NCBI GenBank assembly: GCA_949293175.1
Contig: CASFCI010000002.1
Location: 27,765-91,764, forward strand
Source: an uncultured bacterium
GTDB taxonomy: Bacteria; Bacillota_I; Bacilli_A; RFN20; CAG-826
Length of the DNA stretch: 64,000 bases
Reading direction: 5' to 3'
Shown: positions 57,927 to 64,000 of the stretch, piece by piece
Layout: the number at the start of each line of letters is the position of its first letter
Position numbering within the stretch: the first letter of the stretch is position 1
Notes under the pieces: generated by a model
The model's input: only the letters and a program-made list of their open reading frames with translations
Databases searched by the model: none
Told to the model about the DNA's origin: nothing
Program-made: the position numbers and the translations under genes

Positions 57927-59398
57927 GGCTTGAAGGCCATCGCCGCCTTGACCGCGGATAGCCATCCGCCATATAGGCGGTCGGCCTCTTCTTTGTCCAT
58001 GCTTGGCTGGTAGCAGCGCCCCTTCCTGATGCACCGCTTGACGTCTTCCTTGCCTTTCATTATGCCCGCGCCGATCAATGCCATATAGCCCGCCCCGATG
58101 GCGGTGGTCTCCAGCTCGCATGGCAGGCAGACCGGGATGCCGAGTATATCGGATTGGAACTGCATCAATAGGCCGTTGGCCGAGGCGCCGCCATCGACTT
58201 TGAGCATCTTTAGCTCCAGCCCGGTGTCGCGCTTCATGGTCTCGATTACGTCCTTGGACTGGTAGGCGATTGAATATAGGCCCGCCCGGACGATGTTGTG
58301 TCGATCCGCCCCGCGGGTGAGCCCGAATATCGCGCCCCGGGCCTCGTCGTCCCACCATGGGGTGCCCAGCCCCACGAAGGCCGGGACGAAGTATATCCCG
58401 GCGGTGTCGGGCTTCCGCTTGGCGTATTCCTCGGATTCGGAGGAGCTATGGAACCACCTGGTCTGGTCGCGGAGCCACTGGACGATCGCCCCGCCTATGA
58501 ACACGGACCCCTCCAAGGCGTAGGTTGGCTTGCCGTTCTCGGTCCAGGCAATGGTGGTCAGCAACCCGTTTTTGCTCTCTATGGGTTTATCCCCGGTGTT
58601 CATGAGCATGAAGCAGCCGGTGCCGTAGGTGTTCTTCGAATCCCCCTCATCGAAGCAGCCCTGGCCGAAGAGCGAGGCCTGCTGGTCGCCGGCGACCCCG
58701 TAGATGTGGACGTGGCCGGGGAGGTAGCTCGCCTCGCCGAAGTCGGAGCAGTTGTCCTGCACCTTGGGCAGCATCGCCATCGGGATGTTCCATATATCGC
58801 ATAGCTCCTTGTCAAAGCGGAGGCTGTGGATGTCGAATAGCAAGGTGCGGCTCGCGTTGGAAGGGTCGGTGAGGTGGCTCTTCCCGCGGGTGAGCATGTA
58901 GATGAGGTAGGTGTCGATGGTGCCAAAGAGCAGCTCGCCCCGCTCCGCCCTTAGCTGCGCGCCTGGCACCGCGTCGAGGATGTAGCGCACCTTCGAGGCC
59001 GAGAAGTAAGGGTTCATCCTAAGGCCGGTCTTGGCCTTGATGAAGTCGCTTAGCCCCTGGCGCTCGTCGCACAGGGCCTGGGTCTGCTTGGATTGCCAGA
59101 CGATGGCGTTGTATATGGGCTTGCCGTCGCGCTCGAAGACGACCGCGGTCTCGCGCTGATTGGTTATCCCGATCCCGGCGACCTCGTCCATGCTGGCCAT
59201 CGAGACGACCAGCAGCTCGTTGATGACGTCGATGACCGAGATGAATATCCTCTCGGCGCTTTGCTCGACGTACCCCGGCTTGGGGAAGAGGCACTCGACC
59301 TCCCGCTGCGCCTTGTATAGCGGCTTGCCCTGCAGATCAAGCAGCAAAGCCCGGGTGGAGGTCGTCCCCTGATCGATCGAGATTATGTATTTCTTCAT
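57923..59398 (-). CDS. glpK: Glycerol kinase
   Basis: MKKYIISIDQGTTSTRALL. It conforms to the FGGY family throughout. Confidence 0.9.
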   Translation of the reverse strand: MKKYIISIDQGTTSTRALLLDLQGKPLYKAQREVECLFPKPGYVEQSAERIFISVIDVINELLVVSMASMDEVAGIGITNQRETAVVFERDGKPIYNAIVWQSKQTQALCDERQGLSDFIKAKTGLRMNPYFSASKVRYILDAVPGAQLRAERGELLFGTIDTYLIYMLTRGKSHLTDPSNASRTLLFDIHSLRFDKELCDIWNIPMAMLPKVQDNCSDFGEASYLPGHVHIYGVAGDQQASLFGQGCFDEGDSKNTYGTGCFMLMNTGDKPIESKNGLLTTIAWTENGKPTYALEGSVFIGGAIVQWLRDQTRWFHSSSESEEYAKRKPDTAGIYFVPAFVGLGTPWWDDEARGAIFGLTRGADRHNIVRAGLYSIAYQSKDVIETMKRDTGLELKMLKVDGGASANGLLMQFQSDILGIPVCLPCELETTAIGAGYMALIGAGIMKGKEDVKRCIRKGRCYQPSMDKEEADRLYGGWLSAVKAAMAFKP

Positions 59399-59410
59399 GC
59401 TTAGATAGTA

Positions 59411-59441
59411 AACGAAAAAAGGGATGGTGGCTAGCCATCCC
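59411..59441 (-). terminator. Rho-independent terminator between the permease gene and glpK
   Basis: On the minus strand, the hairpin GGGATGG-CTAGCCA-CCATCCC is followed by TTTTTTCGTTT. Its T-tract ends about 13 nt before the glpK ATG. Confidence 0.5.
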
Positions 59442-59458
59442 AATAGATAGTGGACAGT

Positions 59459-60568
59459 TCAGTCGGCGATGTCGTTGGACAATGAGAAATCGCCCTTCTT
59501 TATCCAGCCGAGCTTCCGGAAGAGGAAGTCGATGGCCATGGTAAGCGCGATGGGCGCCAGAACGCAGATGCCGATTATCCACAGGGCCAGCTGCCATGAA
59601 TACCCGGTGGCCCCGAGGAAGTTCAGCGGCCCGACCAAGCCGCTCGTCCCCATGCCGGCGCCGACGCTGAGCAGGCTCTCGCTAAGCTCGCCCGTAAGCG
59701 GGAAGAGCATGGCGAAGGGGCCCAATATGGCCGAGGAGATGCAGGTCGGCAGCCAGATCAGCGGCTTCCTGACAATGTTCTTGAACTCGAGCATCGAGGT
59801 CCCGATGCCGATGGCAATGACCGAGCCCCACTTGTTGTCGTAGGCGGCCTCGGCGGCGAAGCCCACCATCTGGGTGCAGCAGCCAATCAATGCGGCCGCG
59901 GCGGCCATCGGGACGTTGCCGATGGAGATGGCGACGCAAAGGGCCACCGAGGATATCGGGGCGGTGAGGACCATCCCGACTATGACCGAGACGAAGATGC
60001 ACATGAAGAAGCTGACGACGACGTTTCTGAAGCATAGCTCTACCAGTAGCCCGAGCCCGACGGTGATGTAGTGCACATAGGCGGCGAGCAGGAAGGAGTA
60101 AAGCACCGAGGCCCCGATGCCAACAAGCGGAATCAATATGAGATCCACCGGGGTTTTGCGCTTATTCCAGAATTTGAGCACCAATAGGCAGATGATGACG
60201 GCGACGTAGCAGGAAAGCGGGTCGGAGATGAGGTTGACCGCCCCACAGGAGAAGTCGAAGGCGTAGTTCCCGATGGCGCCCGCCACCAGGCAGGCGACCA
60301 ATGAGACGCCCTGCTTCTTCTTCGACAGTCCGACCCCGAGGCCAATGCCGGCCCCCATCAGCCCCTTGATGGTGTCGGCCCACTCGCCGATCGCCTCCAT
60401 GTGGGGAATCTGGGCGAACAGCCCGAGTATCGTCCCGATGATCAATGTCCCGAAAAGCCCAATGGCCATCCCGTTGGTGGTTACCATCAGGTTGTTCTGG
60501 ATGTATTTCAGCGCTTTCTTAAATCTGCCAGGCTCTTTCCTTGGCTCTTCGATTTGTTCAATGTCCAT
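59459..60568 (-). CDS. Polytopic membrane permease, possibly a PTS EIIC-like / EIIC_2-type transporter
   Basis: About 10 TM helices with Gly-rich helices. It is not MIP/GlpF-like, as it has no NPA motifs. Confidence 0.35.
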   Translation of the reverse strand: MDIEQIEEPRKEPGRFKKALKYIQNNLMVTTNGMAIGLFGTLIIGTILGLFAQIPHMEAIGEWADTIKGLMGAGIGLGVGLSKKKQGVSLVACLVAGAIGNYAFDFSCGAVNLISDPLSCYVAVIICLLVLKFWNKRKTPVDLILIPLVGIGASVLYSFLLAAYVHYITVGLGLLVELCFRNVVVSFFMCIFVSVIVGMVLTAPISSVALCVAISIGNVPMAAAAALIGCCTQMVGFAAEAAYDNKWGSVIAIGIGTSMLEFKNIVRKPLIWLPTCISSAILGPFAMLFPLTGELSESLLSVGAGMGTSGLVGPLNFLGATGYSWQLALWIIGICVLAPIALTMAIDFLFRKLGWIKKGDFSLSNDIAD

Positions 60569-61837
60569 TTATCTCCCCGCGGCGAAGTAATGCTCTATCT
60601 CCTCGATTTCCTTCGGTATGAACGACGACAGGTTCTTGGCCCCGCGATCGGTGATGAGGAGGTCGTCCTCGATGCGGATCCCGATGCCCTCCTCCTTTAT
60701 GTAGAGGCCGGGCTCGTCCGATATGACGTTGCCCTCCTCTAGCGGCTTGTCGCGGTCCATCGGGTCGTGGTCGTCGAGCCCGATGTGGTGGCTCACCGAA
60801 TGGAAGTATATCCGGTCGATGTCGTCGTAGGTCGATATGACCTTTTCCTGCAGGCAGCGCTTGGCCAGGTAGTCCCGGGCGAAGGCGTTGAGCTCGCGCA
60901 GCGTGATGCCCGGCTTGGCATACCCTATGACCGCCTTGTTGCAGCCGAGGACGATCTCGTAAAGCTGCCTTTGGCGAGGCGAGTAGACGCCGTCGACGGG
61001 GATGGTGCGGGAGATGTCGCCGCAATATCCTTCCTCCTTCGCGCCGACGTCGAACAGCACCAGCGTCCCCTCCTTCAGCTTGCTCTGCGGGTTGGGGTAA
61101 TGCAGCGTCGTCCCGTTCTCGCCCGAGGCGACGATCGAGGGGAAGCTAAGCCCCCCTAGGGCATTGGACGACTGCGAGGCCTGGAAGAAACCGAGCGAGA
61201 GCTCATACTCATAGGCCCCGGGGGCGATGAGGCTGTAGGCCCGCAGCAGCCCGGCCTTGGTGTGCTCGATGGCCTTCTTTAGGCAATTCACCTCGGCCTC
61301 GGACTTCTTCGCGCGCAGGGCAAAGACCATCGGGGCGAGGTCGATGACCTTGAGGGAGGGGTAGATCGCATGCAGCGACCCCACGAAGCCCTTGACGTCG
61401 AGCTCCTCCTCGATCTTGAGCTCCGGGGAGAGGTCGAAGTACCCGAGCCCCAGCGGCGCCTCCTCGTCTATCCCCTGGCGCAGGAGGCGGTCAAGCCTCG
61501 AGGTCAGATAGGGGGTTAGCAGCACGTTGTTGACCCCGGAGATGAGCTTCGCCTCCTCGGGGGTGAGCTTCTTGCCGTACCACTTCTCCTTGGTCTCGTC
61601 GTAGGGCGAGATGAAGAGGAACTCCCGGCATTCGGCGCCCCGCTTGATCAATAGCAGCGACGACCCCTCCTGGTTTATGCCGGTGAGGTAGAAGAAGTTG
61701 CGGTTGGATTCGAAAGGGTAGTCCTGATCGGCCGAGAGGCATTTGGGCTTGCCGGCGAAAATGAGGGCGAAGCTCTCGTCCTCCATCTTGTCGAATAGTG
61801 CGGCGCGGCGCGACTGCAGTTCATTGATGTGCATCAT
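60569..61837 (-). CDS. pepP: Xaa-Pro aminopeptidase (M24B)
   Basis: Creatinase N-domain plus the M24 motifs HSVSHHIGLDDHD and EPGLY, with metal ligands. Confidence 0.8.
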   Translation of the reverse strand: MMHINELQSRRAALFDKMEDESFALIFAGKPKCLSADQDYPFESNRNFFYLTGINQEGSSLLLIKRGAECREFLFISPYDETKEKWYGKKLTPEEAKLISGVNNVLLTPYLTSRLDRLLRQGIDEEAPLGLGYFDLSPELKIEEELDVKGFVGSLHAIYPSLKVIDLAPMVFALRAKKSEAEVNCLKKAIEHTKAGLLRAYSLIAPGAYEYELSLGFFQASQSSNALGGLSFPSIVASGENGTTLHYPNPQSKLKEGTLVLFDVGAKEEGYCGDISRTIPVDGVYSPRQRQLYEIVLGCNKAVIGYAKPGITLRELNAFARDYLAKRCLQEKVISTYDDIDRIYFHSVSHHIGLDDHDPMDRDKPLEEGNVISDEPGLYIKEEGIGIRIEDDLLITDRGAKNLSSFIPKEIEEIEHYFAAGR

Positions 61838-62435
61838 CGACCTCCTCTAGGATGCTTCTCTGCTCCTTCTCGCCCAGCCTCCCCCTAAGCGGGGGGAAGG
61901 CGATGGCTGGGTCTATCATACCATCGCTTATAAGACGGAAGGAAACCTCTTCCCCATAGGTAGCGCTTTCTATGCCAAGCCCTAGCCTAGACGCCAGCCG
62001 GGAAAGCTGCTCGAACTCGGAGTATGGCAGGCTGCAGGACTGGGAATAGCGGACCCTCATCACGGCGTAGCGGCAGCTTTTCAAGGCGGCTTTGGCCGCC
62101 TCCACCACCTTCCGGCGGAGGTTGCCGACCCCGAGCTTCCTCCCGCCAAAATACCTAGCCACGGCCAATAGTCCGCATATGCCCTCGCCCCGAAGCAGGT
62201 CGAGCAGGGGGCGGCCGCTAGAATTGGCAGGCTCGCCATCCTCCGAATAGGCCTCCTTGTCAGGGCCGAGGTAGCCATATGGGATGTGGGCGGCCTTCTT
62301 GTTGGCCTCCCCCACCTCCTCCAGAAGCCCCTTGGCTTCCTCAAAGGACTGGCAGGGGAAGGCGTAGGCGAGAAACCTCGAGCCGAGCATCTCCGATTCC
62401 CCGTTTGAGGTGGAATAGATATAGCGCTCGCTCAT
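61821..62435 (-). CDS. yigZ: IMPACT/YigZ-family protein
   Basis: GSRFLAYAFP...YSEDGEP...GRP motifs. Confidence 0.6.
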   Translation of the reverse strand: MSERYIYSTSNGESEMLGSRFLAYAFPCQSFEEAKGLLEEVGEANKKAAHIPYGYLGPDKEAYSEDGEPANSSGRPLLDLLRGEGICGLLAVARYFGGRKLGVGNLRRKVVEAAKAALKSCRYAVMRVRYSQSCSLPYSEFEQLSRLASRLGLGIESATYGEEVSFRLISDGMIDPAIAFPPLRGRLGEKEQRSILEEVDDAHQ

Positions 62436-63961
62436 ATTAGCAATCCCGCGGCCGCCTCGTAGGAGAATAGCGCCGGCATCCCGCCGATGGCGTTACGCAT
62501 GTCGCTGCCCTCAAGATTGGTGACGTAGGCCATGAAGTCGTCCTGATCATGGACGGTGGAGTCGTAGACCAAGCCGAGGTAGAGCATGTCGGCGAGGATC
62601 TTCTGCTCGCCGGCGTAGTCGCCGAAGGACCTTAGGGCGTCTTGGCGCGAGGGTAGCGGGTTGCCCTCGCTCTTCCCATAGGCCAGGCAGGCCTTGTAGA
62701 AGGGCTCGGCGTAGGTTCCGTCGATGACTTTTCCCAGGTCGTCGATCGCGGTGAGGAAGGACGCGTCTTGCCCCCCGAAGGCCTGCATTCTATAGGGGCC
62801 GCTGGGCATCTCGACCCCGCCAACCGAGGTCATGAACAGCTGCGAGCAATCCAGGTAGGAGAGCATGTTCGCGGCGATCGACTCGATCTCCCCGGCGAGG
62901 ATGTAGTGGAAGAAGGCCGGCTTTCGCTCCGCCCAAACCGAGGAGACGTCGAAGGAGGAGGCGACGGTGGTGAAGCCGACGTTTTGCCCCGCGACCTCAA
63001 CGCTAGGCGACTGGAAGGAGTAGTTGATGGCCTTTATCGCGGCGGCCGCGGCGAGGTGCCCGGAGGAGGCGGAGAGCACGGTTGACACCGCCTTGGCGTA
63101 CCCCTCGAGGGCTATGATCGACACCAGATTGCCATCAAGGTAAGCGGCATCGCCGGATAGGTCGGGGTAGCTGCCGTCGCCCCTACGCCCGATGAGGCCA
63201 TGTAGCGTCACCAATGATCCAGCCATCCCGCTGCCATCGAGGTCGAGGTGGGAGAAAAGCGACATCTGGACCGGGATCAGCATCCCGGATCCAAAGTCGA
63301 TGCTCTGGTTGACGGTGAAGATGCTGTAGAGCGCGTATTCACGGGCCTGTATTGGGGAAGAAGGGTCGATCTCGGATGGCAGCAGCCCGGAGGCGGAGTA
63401 TTCCTTATCGAAGATGGTCGACTGCTGGTAGAACTCTAACAGCGAGATGCTTTCCAGCCCGGCGTCAAGCAGGTTCTTTAGCGGGGTGTCGCCCTCGAAG
63501 CTTATGTAGGCGCCCTTCTGCTCGTCGTAGATGGAGTATAGGAGGTTCCTGATCAGGTCGAGGTCGACCTCGCGGAGGTCCACTTGGGAGAAGTGGTAGT
63601 CGGAGAGGTCGTAAGCCAAGGTGAGCTCCTCGTTCGGGGATAGCTTTATCCTGCAGGGCGAGGCGAAGGCGGAAAGATCCGCCGCGCTGCCCTCGACCAG
63701 TCCCTGCTCGAAGAGGTCGATCGGCTCATCGAGCCCCTCGACGTAAAGCAATGGCGCGGTCTGGCCTATCGAATCGGCGGTTAGGCTTATCGCCCTTCCG
63801 CCACCGGTGAGGAACGGCGTCAGGTCGAAATAGCCTTCCTCGTCCGCGACGAAATCGCCGGTCACGGTCGTGAACTTGCCGAGGTCGACCTGCTCGAACA
63901 CCTGCCCGAGCTTGTTCGGCAGCAGGTTGGGGACGACCTCAAGCCGGGCCGCCCTTTCCAT
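62432..63961 (-). CDS. Hypothetical protein. It may extend beyond the window end.
   Basis: Long ORF in a coding-like high-GC frame. It is translationally coupled to yigZ. Confidence 0.4.
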   Translation of the reverse strand: MERAARLEVVPNLLPNKLGQVFEQVDLGKFTTVTGDFVADEEGYFDLTPFLTGGGRAISLTADSIGQTAPLLYVEGLDEPIDLFEQGLVEGSAADLSAFASPCRIKLSPNEELTLAYDLSDYHFSQVDLREVDLDLIRNLLYSIYDEQKGAYISFEGDTPLKNLLDAGLESISLLEFYQQSTIFDKEYSASGLLPSEIDPSSPIQAREYALYSIFTVNQSIDFGSGMLIPVQMSLFSHLDLDGSGMAGSLVTLHGLIGRRGDGSYPDLSGDAAYLDGNLVSIIALEGYAKAVSTVLSASSGHLAAAAAIKAINYSFQSPSVEVAGQNVGFTTVASSFDVSSVWAERKPAFFHYILAGEIESIAANMLSYLDCSQLFMTSVGGVEMPSGPYRMQAFGGQDASFLTAIDDLGKVIDGTYAEPFYKACLAYGKSEGNPLPSRQDALRSFGDYAGEQKILADMLYLGLVYDSTVHDQDDFMAYVTNLEGSDMRNAIGGMPALFSYEAAAGLLI

Positions 63962-64000
63962 GAAGCTCGAAAGCGTGTCGGGATCGATGGAGGTTAGGCT

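Overview
This is a high-GC (about 60-65%) 64-kb chromosomal segment from a Gram-positive, Firmicutes-like bacterium. The evidence for that placement is AGGAGG-type ribosome-binding sites, AddAB rather than RecBCD, and gene order resembling the Bacillus region from gmk through priA, rsmB, rlmN, prpC and prkC to rpe. TGA acts as a stop codon. Most genes lie on the minus strand.

Housekeeping genes identified:
- Ribulose-5-phosphate epimerase (rpe).
- A minimal Hanks-type Ser/Thr kinase paired with a PP2C phosphatase.
- RlmN.
- An RsmB-like protein lacking both catalytic cysteines.
- PriA and guanylate kinase.
- A RqcH/NFACT-family protein and inorganic pyrophosphatase.
- A complete F1Fo ATP synthase operon (atpI-B-E-F-H-A-G-D-C).
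- A 6-phosphofructokinase with a PPi-type active-site signature.
- A TGS-domain-fused uridine-kinase-like protein.
- AddB and AddA, glycerol kinase, Xaa-Pro aminopeptidase and YigZ.

These are interleaved with accessory content:
- An AT-rich island at about 1.7-4.6 kb encodes a 926-aa secreted protein of unknown function.
- Two paralogous lipobox-anchored membrane proteins (12..1676 and 10937..12553).
- A GH81-like beta-1,3-glucanase lipoprotein with an acidic tandem-repeat N-terminus.
- A translationally coupled four-gene secreted/lipoprotein operon with a divergent fifth lipoprotein gene (41.9-49.4 kb).
- Two unknown genes appended to the addBA operon.
- A thioredoxin-motif lipoprotein.
- A zinc-ribbon membrane protein.
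- An ATP-grasp protein.
- An aldo-keto reductase fused to a 2x[4Fe-4S] domain.

Three perfect-consensus CcpA-type cre boxes (TGTAAGCG[G/C]TTACA) were found, two of them inside a duplicated block of about 25 nt. Several rho-independent terminators were found.

No rRNA, tRNA, CRISPR array or recognisable transposase or integrase was found. All functional calls come from reading motifs by eye. No database search was possible.
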